Shown: positions 51,205 to 64,000 of the stretch, piece after piece
How the letters are laid out: each line of letters starts with the position of its first letter
How positions within the stretch are numbered: the first letter of the stretch is position 1
From: Octopus sinensis
Lineage: Eukaryota
Reading direction: 5' to 3'
Length of the DNA: 64,000 nt
NCBI RefSeq assembly: GCF_006345805.1
Contig: NC_043021.1
Location: forward strand, 14,818,001-14,882,000
The notes under the pieces: model-generated
Databases searched by the model: none
Seen by the model: only the letters and a program-made list of their open reading frames with translations
What the model was told of the DNA's origin: nothing
Translations under genes and position numbers: made by a program

Positions 51205-51590
51205 TGGTAAGTAGCTTGTTTACCAACCACATGGTCCCGGGTTCAGTCCCACTGCGTGGCACCTTGGGCAAGTGTCTTCTACTATAGCCTCGGGCCGACC
51301 AAAGCCTTGTGAGTGGATTTGGTAGACGGAAACTGAAAGAAGCCCGTCGTATATATGTATATATATGTACGCGTGTCTGTTTGTGTGTCTGTGTTTGTCC
51401 CCCTAGCATTGCTTGACAGCTGATGCTGGTGTGTTTATGTCCCCGTTACTTAGCGGTCCGGCAAAAGAGACCGATAGAATAAGTACTGGGCTTACAAAAG
51501 AATAAGTCCCGGGGTCGAGTTGCTCGATTAAAGGCGGTGCTCCAGCATGGCCGCAGTCAAATGACTGAAACAAGTAAAAGAGTAAAAAAA
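51205..51590 (+). mobile_element. SINE-B full length
   Basis: tRNA-like head, CORE-like accttgggcaagtgtctt, dinucleotide linker, tail ending gtaaaagag repeats. Confidence 0.9.
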
Positions 51591-52046
51591 AGAGTAAAGA
51601 GTAATGTTGGGTCTCCCATAAGTTTTAATGCACCAAAAACATTTTTTCCTGAATATGCGCTGCTGAAATTGAGGTGTGGTGTCAAATATGTCTGTGTGTC
51701 TTTCATGCCATCAGATGCGGTGCTTTACCAAGATGTTTTCTTAATGGCTTCGAGACACATACACCCTTTTGATCACTTTAACAGTCAGCATTTTTTTTCT
51801 CTCTTTTCCTATTGCAGCACAGAGACAGAGTAAATTTAGCATAGAGAACCTACCTCAGGGACTAAAATTGGCTTCTGAAAACTGTAATGGGTGCACAAGA
51901 TGCACAGTAAATTTTCAAGACATTTTTGGAAAAATGAAAAATAGCATTTTTGACAAAGAGAAATAACCCCCAGCCCCCCGATCAGGTAGAATTCATCATT
52001 GTTATCGTCTGCTTTTCAAAGTTTGCATGAGTCATACAGATGTATT

Positions 52047-52275
52047 TTAACCCTTTAGTGTTCACATTATTCTTCCAAAATTAATGCGTTTTTATCCACA
52101 TTGTTTTGAACTAATCATACATTATCTTGTAGCTTTGAGATTTTGATGAGGTAGCTGTTAATTTTTAAAACGATATTGTAGGGTTGGTGTGAGAGACCAG
52201 ATCTGGCCAGTTTGAACATAAAACAGGCAGAATACTTTTGGCCGGATATGGCCGGTTTAAATGCTAAAGGGTTAA
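52047..52275. mobile_element. piggyBac-like MITE
   Basis: TTAACCCTTTAG...CTAAAGGGTTAA; similar to 48071. Confidence 0.85.
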
Positions 52276-52483
52276 GGCAGGTTTTCAACAGTTGGATGTC
52301 CTTCCTATTGCTAAATATCATGGTAACCGTTGCCACGGAGGCACGAAGTTTTGTAGTTAGGGTGTTGGACTCACAATTCTAAGATTGTGGTTTCAATTCC
52401 TGGACCAGGTGATACATTGTGTTCTTGGGCAAAAACACTTCACTTCATGTTGCTCCAGTTCACTCAGCTGTAGAAATGAGTAC

Positions 52484-52913
52484 ATCATCATCATCATCGT
52501 TTAACGTCCGCTTTCCATGCCAGCATGGGTTGGACGGTTCAACTGGGGTCTGGGAAGCCCTAAGGCTGCACCAGGCTCCAGTCTGATCTGGCAGTGTTTC
52601 TACAGCTGGATGCCCTTCCTAACGCCAACCACTCCGAGAGTGTAGTGGGTGATTTTATGTGCCACCGACACAGGTGCCAGACGAGGCTGGCGAACGGCCA
52701 CGCTCGGATGGTGTTTTTTATGTGCCACCGACACAGGTGCCAGACGAGGCTGGCGAACGGCCACGCTCGGATGGTGTTTTTTTATGTGCCACCGACACAG
52801 GTGCCAGACGAGGCTGGCAAATGGCCACGCTCGGATGGTGATTTTTATGTGCCACCGACACAGGTGCCAGACGAGGCTGGCGAACGGCCACGCTCGGATG
52901 GTGTTTTTTATGT
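52484..52913 (-). mobile_element. SINE-C with four tandem 63-64-bp internal repeats
   Basis: atgtgccaccgacacaggtgccagacgaggctggc at 52657, 52720, 52784, 52847. Confidence 0.9.
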
Positions 52914-54619
52914 ACCTATTTCTTTATTACCCACAAGGGACTAAACAGAGGGGACAAACAAGGACAAAGGTATTAAGTCGATTACATCGACCCCAGTGCG
53001 CAACTGGTACTTAATTTATCGACCCTGAAAGGATGAAAGGCAAAGTTGACCTCGGCGGAATTTGAACTCACAACGTAACGACAGACGAAATTCCGTTGTG
53101 AGTTCAAATTCCGCCGAGTACCACAAGTGGAGGTCTGTTGCTTGGTGGTTAGGGTGTTGGGTTCATGACTGTAAGATTGTGGTCTCAATTCCTGGACCGG
53201 GCAATCCATTGTGTTCTTGAGCAGAACACTTCATTTCATGTTGCTTAAGTCCACTCAGCTGTAGAAATGAGTTTAGCGCAGAAAGGGGTAGGCTCTGTCA
53301 GGTTTTCTTGCCCTAGATATGCTGCATGGCTGCAGCACCCTAACATCCCCCATGGGGTTAAGGAACTTATTTCTTTATTGCCCACAAGGGGCTAAACATA
53401 GAGGGGACAAACAAGGACAGACAAAGGGGTTAAGTCGATTACATCGACCCCAGTGCGTAACTCAACTGTTTCCAGCTGAGGAAATATTTCTCCCAATGCC
53501 AGACAGGTTTTTCATACAAGACTAGAAACAAAAAAAAAACATGGCTTGTATGTCAGCGATACTCATTTGCAACCATCACATGATGTCTGAGCAAGGATTT
53601 CATCTCAGCCTTTTTGTTTCAGACCTCATGGCACCAGGGTTACATTTTCCAAAAATTCAATCATTTATTTTTGTTGATGATTTCGAAATAGTAGGGTTGT
53701 GCAAATTGAGGAAATTTGGCTGCTGTTTCTAGCAGATTCAGTAACCATGTAGAGGCACACCCTGTCAGCTTGACTCTACACTGATTAGATTAATTAGGCC
53801 AACAGAGGCTATCAATTACATCTTAGTGAGCAGCTATCTGATCAGTTCTCTAATCTTCGTTTCATGGAGTGCTCCTACTGTTAGCTACCCTGGTATAATC
53901 TAGGGTATCTGATATAAAAATAACAACAACAACAACCCTTAAAATTTGGGGGGAACTAAACAGTCACAAAAGCAAACATTAATACACACACACACACATC
54001 ACTGCCTTCCATTAGCTTTTGAGTAACAGAATTTAATTCTGTTCTGCTAGCTCACCAATTTTGCACAACAACAACATCAATAATAATTTCCAAATTGGTG
54101 GAAAGAGAGGAACCTACAATAACCCATTTAAATAAAAAAAAAAAGACCCATCCCTCCCCTTACTCTCCTTCACAACCTCCCCCTTACTCTCCCTCCCTCT
54201 ACGACCTACTCTTCTCTCCCACTACCTCTCTCTGTGTCTCTTTCTTCCAGGTTCCCTGCATTTGTTGCATTGTGCTTTCTCAAGCATCAGAATAGGAAGC
54301 TGGTCCCAAATAGCATCCATCTCTCTGCTCCTCCTCCTCATCATATCAATACAGAAACCAATTCGATTCTTCTGTTGGCTTTTCGATTTGTTTATTCAAA
54401 TCGACATTTATTTGTTTGTGTGTGTGTGTGTGTGTTTGTTTGTTTAACTGGGATACAGTTTATAGTGTTTTACTTCAATTTTTAGGATGGATGACAGACA
54501 ATCAATAGTTTAGTTTAAAGAACTTACACATACTTGCACATACATACAGATATATGTATATACATACATGCTCTATAAATGCTCTGATATCTATACAGCC
54601 TTCGTTTTTTTCATCTCAT

Positions 54620-54970
54620 TATGCAAAAATTCATATATATACATACATACATACACATACATACATACATACATACACACACATACATACATACATACAC
54701 ATACATACATACACATACATACATATACATACATACACATACATACATACATATATTACATACATATACATACATACATATATTACATACATATACATAC
54801 ATATACATACATACATATATTACATACATACATACATACATATTACATACATATACATACATACACATACATACACATACATACATATACATACATACAT
54901 ATACATACATACATATACATACATATACATACATATACATACACACATACACATACATACATACATACAT
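54620..54970. repeat. (TACA)/(CATA) microsatellite
   Basis: Direct inspection. Confidence 0.95.
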
Positions 54971-55502
54971 AGGAGATGGGGCTCTGAATGTACAAATGAA
55001 GACGTGTATAGATGTATGTGCCAGTATGTGTATTCATGTGTATGAGTATATATGCATAACTGTTTATGTGTGTGTGTGTGTACATATACAGACTGTGTGT
55101 GAGTATGTATGTACATAGCATTTCAGTATAAATGCATATAAGTGTGTGGGGGATATGAACGTATACATGTGTATGAATACGTGTATATGCGCATGTGTGA
55201 GTATAAAATGCATAGATGCATGTGGATATGTATGCATTTATTTGCATGTGTGTATGTATGTATATATGAGCGTATGCACATGTGCTTGAGTAAACATGTG
55301 TATGTGCATCATATATGTGTGTTTGTGTATGTATGTATATATGTATGTATATATTTATGTGTTTCTTTATGTATGATAAAAAGGTTATTCGCTCAGATTA
55401 TGATGAAACTGAGTCATAACTTGTTGCCGAACAATTTTTAATAAAAATTCTTCCATGCAAACAAACATGCTGTATACAAACCAATAACACACATACACAC
55501 AA

Positions 55503-55543
<41 letters not shown>

Positions 55544-55657
55544 GGGAGTTAGGGATACTGAATATAGCATAACAGCCTAAAACCCAAACTAAACCCAATT
55601 ATCCCACAGCTAATCTTCAAAGGGACCAGTCAACGTCATGCTTTTCAATTTGAGTGA

Positions 55658-55696
<39 letters not shown>

Positions 55697-56789
55697 CAGT
55701 AGTAATAGTAGTGGTGGTGGTGTGGTGGTGGTGGTGGTGGTGTGGTGGTGGTGGTGTGGTGGTGGTTGACCTTCAACCTGTAGCAGTTATATAAATATAG
55801 CTGCATCTTTTGTTTAATCACTTGTACCAATGGCTAAACCTCAACACATATATTATAATTGATTATATATTTGTGTGTGTGTCTGTGTGTATCGGGGGGG
55901 TATGTATGTATATCTAATACAGGTTTATATGCATTTATATGCATGTATACAATATATACATGCACATATATAAATACACAGATATGCATACGTACAGAAA
56001 TATACAAGCATGTATATACACATACCTTAATATAAACACACGTGTATTCAGATATACACGCATGTACACAATACATACACATATGTTCATACACACTTGT
56101 ACACGTACACACATACATACATATGTCCACACACACACTTTTACACATCCACATACATACACATCTACACACACACACACATATATACCCCTACCACACA
56201 TACACACACAGACGTTCACACTTGTACACATATCCACATACATACACATCTACACACATATATATATACCCCTACCACACACACACACACACACACATGC
56301 ATAACTGGCAGTAACTTTATGACTTAGAATCAGCATAAACATTGAAGCCAAACACACCAACCCTGCCGATTCCATCAATAGAATAAACAAACCATTCACC
56401 CTCATCCACTGGAATATGCACTTTATCAGGGCACCATTCCAACCATTATTTATGTACAATGCTGTAATACCGGCACTAGTGAAGAATTTTCAATGAGGAA
56501 CTTCATAGAGAGCTGATTTGGCCCCGCAGACAGATTTCTTCAATACTAGTTTTTAGGGACTGAATTCTGAATATGATATTGATTTCTAAGAAAGATGAAA
56601 AATCCTTAAAAATTTGTAAGCTTGGATATAGTTGATTATATTGACCCCTATTACAGACTGGTATCTTATTTTATCAACAACAGATGGAAGAAGATAAAGC
56701 TATTAAAAAAAAAATCTATTTGATCGACCTCAGCAAGATTTGTGCTTTCAATGTTAATGGAAGCAAACATGATAATAATAATAATAATA

Positions 56790-57890
56790 TAATAATAATA
56801 ATTTCAAATCTTGCCACTAGGGCAGCCATTTTAAGGGAAGGAATGAATCAATTACCTCGACCCCAGTGTTTCACTGGTACTTATTTTATCGACCCCGAAA
56901 GGATGAAAAGCAAAGTCGACCTCAGCAGAATTTGAACTCAAAACATAAAGATGGATGAAACGCCACTAAGCATTTTATCCAACATACTAACAATTCTACT
57001 AATGATGATGATGATGATAATAATAATAATAATAATGTCTATTTACCTTTGTGAGGTGTTATGTCAACCCTTTTAAAATAATAATAATAATCCTTTCTAT
57101 TGTAGGCAGAAGGCCTGAATTTTGTAGGGAGGGGGTTAGTCGATTACATCAGCCCCCAGTGTTCAACTGGTACTTATTTTGTCCCAAAAGGACAAACGGC
57201 AAAGTTGACCCCAGTGGAATTTGAACTCAGAAATGCCACTAAGCATTTTGCCTAGCATGCTAACAATTCTGCCAGCTTACCATCCTAATAATAATAATAA
57301 TATAATAATAATAATAAATGCACCCTTTTAAAGCCTAGCCAAGCTCATGGGCTCAGTTTCCCGGTTTCAATGGCGTATGTGTTCCCCAGCTGGACGGAAC
57401 GCCAGTCTATCGCAGCGTTACTCATTTTTGCCAGCTGAGTGGACTGGAGCAACGTGAAATGAAGTGTTTTGCTCAAGAACACAACGCGTCGCCCAGTCCA
57501 AAATCGAAACCACAATCTTACAATCATGATGCTGCCACCCTAACCACTAAGCCATGCGCCTCCACAATAATAATAATAATAATAATCTTTTCTACTAAAG
57601 GCACAAGGCCTGAAACTAGGGGGAAGGGACTAGTCACTGAAAGGCAAAGTCGACCTTGGCAGATTTTGAACTCAGAATGTAACGACGGGTGAAATACCAC
57701 TAAGCATTTTGCCCAGCGTGCTAATGATTCTGTCAGTTCACCACCATACCTTCCTATTATAGGCACAAGGCCTGAAATTTTGAGGGCAGGGGCTAGTCAA
57801 TCACACCAACTCCAGTACTCAACTGGAACTTTTTTCATCAACTCTTAAAGAATGAAAGGTTAAGTTAACCTCAAGCGGATTTGAACTCAG
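56790..57890 (-). mobile_element. Cluster of SINE-A variants and a SINE-D fragment interleaved with (AAT)n
   Basis: Family matches at ~56802, ~57091, ~57320-57565, ~57588, ~57755. Confidence 0.75.
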
Positions 57891-58704
57891 AGCCTACAAT
57901 GAAATAGCAAACTAGTGCAATCCATTTCGTCTGTAAATCTATGAAATTTCTGCCAATTCATCACAAGTTGTTAACCAAATATTGATTCTAGCAATAAAGC
58001 AACTCACAGACATCGCAAGCGTTCTCATTGCTAAGCATTGTTTGAAGCTGACTGGTCAATAGATCAATGCTGTGACTAATAAATACTGCAGTATTGGTCA
58101 GTGTTCGACAATCATTGGCTGAAGAGGGGTAACGATGTCAAGGAGGTGACCATTGGTACTGCAATGGGGGTCCCACGTTCACCAAATACCCAGGGACAAG
58201 ACTGGATGGTGATCAAACTCCCACGTATGACAGGTTGCAGACAAATTTGAACAGCTTGTGGAAAAAGGGTTTGACCAAATGTTCTTTCAATTGCTAATGT
58301 CAGTAGGGAAAGAAAGAAAGGGAGACAAGGGGAAGAAAGGAAGAGAGATAGAGGGAGAGACAGAAGTAGAGACAGAGAGAGGGAAGCAGAGAGGAGGAGC
58401 AAGAGGAGAGAGCGAGAAAGAGATAGAAGCAGAGAGAGGTGAAAACATGGAAAACAGAGATAGGTGGGGAGAAGGAGCGGTGGAAAGAAGGAGAGAAAGG
58501 AAAGAGGGGTAAAGAGAGGGAAACAGAGGAGAAAGAACAAGGGGTAAGAGGAATAAAAAGATGGGGAGAAGGGGAGAGAGAGGAAAGGTGGAGAGAAGAC
58601 TGAAAGAGGAGAAAGACAGGGAGGACAAGAGAGGGAGAAGGAGGAGAAGAGAGAAAATGATAAAAGCAAAGGAGGAGAGAGAGGGAGGGAAATAGATGCA
58701 TGCA

Positions 58705-58900
58705 TTTATGTAGGGCATTGCTGGAGGGCTAAGAAAGAACTCGCTAATGATATGACCCTATGGATGCCCCAACAGAGACATAGATGGGTCAGCTGTCCAG
58801 CAAAAGCTTTCATTGGCCAGCTCTTTAATGAAAAGGGGCTGTTTTCCTGCTGACCTCCTGGTGGCATATTAAGCCTTTCACCAAAAACCAATGGAACCAG
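58705..58900 (+). mobile_element. Highly decayed RTE-clade LINE 3' fragment
   Basis: GHCWRAKKELANDMTLWMPQQRHRWVSCPAKAFIGQLFNEKGL resembles the RTE GHCWR...LW.P...GRP.KTYIDQL motif. Confidence 0.55.
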
Positions 58901-59269
58901 ATGTCTGGTTCCATTGAATGGTTTGCAACACAGTGAAATTCTAATAAAAGGTAACCCTGGACCAGGAATGAACTTGGCAGTAGTTGAACAAGTAAAAGAG
59001 CAAATAATGCCGCTAAGCATTTCGCCTGGTGTGCTAACAATTCTGTTAGCTAATTGCCTTTAATTTCAAATTTTGGCACAAGGCTTGAATTTCAAGGGTG
59101 GGGTTAAATGAATTAGATCAACCCCAATGCTCAACTGGTGCTTATTTTATTGACCCCAAAAGGATGAAAGACAAAGTTTGATTGCAGCTGGATTTGAACT
59201 CAAAACATAAAAGACCAAAGACAGACAAACTGCCACTTCTGCCATCTCTCTGCTCACAATAATAATACT

Positions 59270-59629
59270 AACAAGAGCACTCAGAGAGTGCAAACCTTCA
59301 CCAAGGCAACACCAATGTCCTCTCAACGATTAACCAGAGATGATTTTGTAAAATGAGAATATCTGAAATAAACTTGACTGCTCTCACAAAAGAGAAAACT
59401 AAAAATGAACCTGACTGCTCTCAAAAATTAAGTAAAAAAAAAACGGAAAAATAATCTAGAATCTATAGGCGCAGGAGTGGCTGTGCGGTAAGTAGCTTGC
59501 TAACCAGCCACATGGTTCTGGGTTCAGTCCCACTGCGTGGCATCTTGGGCAAGTGTCTTCTGCTATAGCCTCGGGCCGACCAAAGCCTTGTGAGTGGATT
59601 TGGTAGACGGAAACTGAAAGAAGCCTGTC

Positions 59630-59693
<64 letters not shown>

Positions 59694-60077
59694 ATATGTT
59701 TGTGTGTCTGTGTTTGTCCCTCTAGCATTGCTTGACAACCGATGCTGGTGTGTTTACGTCCCCATCACTTAGCGGTTTAGCAAAAGAGACCGATAGAATA
59801 AGTACTGGGCTTACAAAGAATAAGTCCCGGGGTTGATTTGCTCGACTAAAGGCGGTGCTCCAGCATGGTCGCAGTCAAATGACTGAAACAAGTAAAAGAG
59901 TAATCCTTGTCTGGTACTGGATTGATCCCAAAATCTAATCAGTTTGTGCCAGTCAGTAGGACAAACATCCCTGAAAGTTTCATCCAAATCCGTCCAGTGG
60001 TTCTTGAGACATCTTGTCCATGGACAAACAAACATGACTGAAAACAATACCTTCGCTTTAGTGAAGGTGGAGGTAAT
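59270..60077 (+). mobile_element. Helentron-like non-autonomous element interrupted by SINE-B (59465-59901)
   Basis: 5' aacaagagcactcagagagtgcaaaccttcaccaagg; 3' hairpin ACCTTCGC-TTTA-GTGAAGGT then ggaggtaat; second 5' copy at 63812 and a 3' fragment at ~40070-40170 (minus). Confidence 0.6.
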
Positions 60078-60789
60078 AACAATAAAAATGATAATAATAA
60101 TCCTTTCTACTATATGCACAAGGCCAGCAATTTCGAAGGAGGAGGCAAGTCAACATTCTAGCCAATGGAAGGAACTGAGAGGTGTGATTAAAATACTTAG
60201 AGAAGAAAAGAATCTCTCCACAGCCACTTCAGGACCAGGTTTTTATTCAGCCCTCACCAAATAGGCCTTCAACCATACGTATAACAGCCATGGCCATCCT
60301 TTCTTTTTGCTTATCATGGACTTTTGTATTGTCAGTCTACGGAGTTCCTGATAAGATGTACTTAATGGAATTTGGTTGTTGTTTCTAGCAGGTCAAACGA
60401 CCATGTGATTTTCTCATTAGTACATCTTGATCAAGATGATGATAATCTTAAACCCTAGCTGGACTGTACACTTAATCCCCATCACCAGATGCTGGCACTT
60501 GAATTTACAAGTTTAATAAAACCTTAAAGAGCATAAAATAACATCTGGACATCTCTTAAAACAAACATGTATCAAGAAGCACGAAGTTAAAACTGAACTG
60601 GTTAACCATTTCTCAAATGTCTATGTTAACCAGCTGACTGACTGACTAACCGACTGATTGACCAACCAGCCGACAGACTGACCGACCAACCATCCGACTG
60701 ACTGACCAACCAACCGACTGATAACATGATTTGATTAACTGAATTAATATTAGGTTAATGAATGAGCTCAAGTGTACTTTTAGCAAAGC

Positions 60790-61067
60790 ATTAAAACTTA
60801 AAACAGCAAAAAACAGACCACTCTGGAAAACCACCATCCATGAGGAAACGGCGAACTTCGAGTCGAAAAGGTCTGCAGAGCCGGAGGAGAAAAGACAACG
60901 ACGGAAGGAGCGCCAACAACAACCACGTGCGACTCTCCCTTCCGGCACTAGATGTCCGCACTGTGACCGATCTTTTCGAGCAAGAATTGGTCTTATCAGT
61001 CACCTGCGGACTCACCAATAAATTTGTGCGAAGACCATCATCCTCGACCTTGAGGGATTGCCATAGC
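60790..61067 (+). mobile_element. RTE-clade LINE 3' end with an intact C2H2 finger
   Basis: NRPLWKTTIHEETANFESKR...CPHCDRSFRARIGLISHLRTHQ*; short 3' UTR atcatcctcgaccttgagggattgcc. Confidence 0.9.
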
Positions 61068-61315
61068 TAAAACTTAATAGTAATTAATTTTGGCACAAAC
61101 TAACCGCATGGTTCTGGGTCCAGTCCCACTGCATGGCACCTTGGGCAAGTGTTTTCTACTATAGCCTCGGACTGACCAAAGCTTTGTGAATAGATTTGAT
61201 AGGCAGAAACTGATGTGTGTGTGTGTGCATGCGCGCATGCATGTGTGCATGCCTTGTAAGTGAAATGGCATATTTTTTCAAGATTGGCAATTTGCTTTGA
61301 GAGATATATATATAT

Positions 61316-61704
61316 ACTAGCAGTATTGCCCTGCATTGCTTGGGTTTGTTTTGACCCTTTAGAATTGGAATTTTTAAAAAGTAAAAAATTTGCATTATGT
61401 AGCTTGTTATTCTCTTTAAGTGAACATTTTTCTGGTTGAAATACACTGTAAAATGGCAACACAGCAGTCAAAAAATCATAAAAAATAGGGATTTTCATAG
61501 AAAAAAGCACCTTTTTGATGTAAATAATTTTGGTGTTAACATGGTCCGATTTGAATTTTTTTCTTCTACGGAAGGAAGAGCAAGCCTTCTTCTATCATAC
61601 TCTCAATTTTGGTCAAATTGCGCCACAAGGTCTCAGTGGAGATAGTGTTAGTTGAAGGCTACCAAACCTGCCATACACAGACAACTTCAGCTTTATATAT
61701 ATAG
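61316..61704 (+). mobile_element. Helentron-like non-autonomous element
   Basis: High similarity to 38792-39189. Confidence 0.65.
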
Positions 61705-61772
61705 CGATATGCACACATGTGCATATATATATATATATATTCTTTTAATATATATATATTCTTTTAATATGT

Positions 61773-62115
61773 GAAGGCGCGTGGCTCAGTGGTAAGAACG
61801 TCGAGCTTACGATCGTGAGGTTGTGAGCTCGAATCCCGGACTGGGCTGTGTGTTGTGTTCTTGAGCAAGACACTTTATTTCACGTTGCTCCAGTTCACTC
61901 AGCTGTAGAAATGAGTTGCGACATCACAGGTGCCAAGCTGTATCGGCCCTTGCCTTTCCCTTGGACAACATCGGTGACGTGGAGAGAAGAGGAGGCCGGT
62001 ATGCATGGGTGACTGCTGGTCTTCCATAAAAAACAACCTTGCCCAGACTTGTGCCTCAGAGGGTAACTCTCTGGGTGCAAACCCATGGTCAGTGTCTGAC
62101 CGAAAGGGGGTCACC
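61773..62115 (+). mobile_element. tRNA-derived SINE family D
   Basis: A box TGGCTCAGTGG, B-box-like GCTCGAATCCC; sister of 43681. Confidence 0.85.
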
Positions 62116-62788
62116 ATATTCTTTTAAGATAGGCTACGTGATTATTATAATATACACACATAATAGACATTAGTTGTAGTTTTGTACTTTTATAAGCAAA
62201 AGCCATTGGGATATTTCTATAATACCGAAAACCACAATCTCATAGCAACGTGTAGAGTCTTATATGTGGGAGTTTTATAGTCGTACATTAGTAACTATAT
62301 CAACGCAGTAAGTATCCATGTAGATAGCAATCTAAGTTAATGCCAGCGAGTGATCCTCCTTCAGCAAAGAATCTAATTTCATTGAGGATTGGTTACAAAT
62401 ATTCCTTAAGATTATTAATATTTATACTGAATGCGATGTGAAAACGGGATGTGGATGGAGGTGAGAGTGCGGTTGCTGCAGTATAATTACATACACACAG
62501 TTTTACTAATAAACACATACATACTCACAATTATATATATATATATATACACACACGTGTGTACTTTCACATACAAACAAATTCACGTGCATTCATATAC
62601 ATACACATACCTGTGTTCTTATACATATACTTATAGACATACACAATTTTATATGTATGTGTATATATATTTATAGGCACTCATATTCATTCATGTGCAT
62701 ACACACAACAACATACATATGCATATACATATACACACACATATACACAGACACATGCATACATACATACATATTCAGACACATACAA

Positions 62789-62819
<31 letters not shown>

Positions 62820-63238
62820 TACATACATATAAACTCACAGATAGGCATAGACTTACACATACACAATCTTGTAGACACACATACGCATGTCCATAGATAC
62901 TCATACTTACATGCAAACATAAACATGCTAACACACATACACTCACACAACTACTAACACACACAAACACAAACACACACACACACACACACACACGCAC
63001 CATTTCGCTATATCTTCTTTAAAAAGGATTAATTTCCCTTATCAAAAAATACGATGAAAACACCAAAAGATAAAACTATTCTGGAAGTCTCCAAGAGAAA
63101 CCACTGCCAGAAGAAAGATGGTATTATCTGCAAAGTAACCAAACTAAGAACTGAGGATTTGGAAATAAGAAACCCACAGGGAAGATGTTTATCATGTCGA
63201 CAGGGTGTGGAGTTGTGGAGGTGGGGGATTTAGAGATG

Positions 63239-63271
<33 letters not shown>

Positions 63272-63811
63272 TAATAATCCTTTCTGCTATAGGCGCAAGG
63301 TCTGAAATTTTGGGGAAAGGGGTTAGGTGATTACACTGATCCCCAGCACATAACTGGTGCTTATTTCATCAACCCCGAAAGGATGAAGAGGAAAGTCGAC
63401 CTTGAGGGAGTTTGAACTCAGAATGTAAGGACGGATGAAAATGTTGTTAAGCACTTGGCCCAACGTGCTAATGGTTCTACCAGCTCACTACCTTAAGAAG
63501 AAGAACAACCACAATTTCTTTTATTTGGATGAGGAAGCCAATATAAGAACAGTTTACAATTTGTGTAGGGGTTTACTGAATAATAATAATAATAATAATT
63601 TCAAATTTTGGGACACGACCAGTAGTATCAAGAGAGGGAGTAAGTTGATTATATCAACCCTAATACTCAACTGGTACTTATGTTATAGATACCGAAAGGA
63701 TGAAAGGTAAAGTTGACCTTAGGAGAATTTGACTGAAATCCTTTCAGGTGGTGCACCAGGATGGCCTCAGCCAAATGACTGAAATGGGTGAAAAAGAACA
63801 AAAAAAATACT

Positions 63812-64000
63812 AACAAGAGCACTCAGAGAGTGCAAACCTCAACCAAGGCAACACGAACATCCTCTCAATAATTAGCCAGAGATGATTTTAAAATGAGAAT
63901 ATCTGAAATGAAATTGACTACTCTCACAAATGAGAATACTAAAAATGAACCTGACCGCTCTCAAAAATTAAGTAAAAAAAAACAGGAAAAATAATCCAGA
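63812..64000 (+). mobile_element. 5' part of a Helentron-like element (runs off the window)
   Basis: Similar to 59270-59464. Confidence 0.6.

Noticed and set aside
58092-58224. Exon, or Penelope RT motif (GTAMG)
   Set aside because: Spacing around GTAMG does not fit RT motif B'; frameshifted reading resembles a decayed RTE LQYFGHV...PRTRW.D.IK region; acceptor weak

Overview
AT-rich eukaryotic DNA, intergenic or deep-intronic, whose repeat content strongly resembles an octopod cephalopod (Octopus-like) genome; the species call is inference from repeat families. No complete protein-coding gene, rRNA, functional tRNA or CRISPR array can be supported, and nearly all ORFs in the supplied track are microsatellite or SINE artefacts. 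The window is a mosaic of several tRNA-derived SINE families (local labels A-D), decayed RTE and L1/Tx1 LINE fragments, piggyBac-like and hAT-like MITEs, Helentron-like non-autonomous elements, and large micro/minisatellites. Most notable: (1) hammerhead-ribozyme motifs in two unrelated elements, one downstream of an intact Pol III A/B-box SINE head and one inside a TA-flanked inverted-repeat (Penelope-like) element; (2) a 10-copy 122-bp SINE-derived tandem array with an alternating 244-bp higher-order structure; (3) a minisatellite whose minus strand is a run of pyrimidine-TAG|GTAAG motifs resembling recursive splice sites; (4) two long near-perfect fold-back palindromes; (5) one GC3-rich candidate orphan exon. 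Coordinates were counted by hand and element boundaries are approximate.
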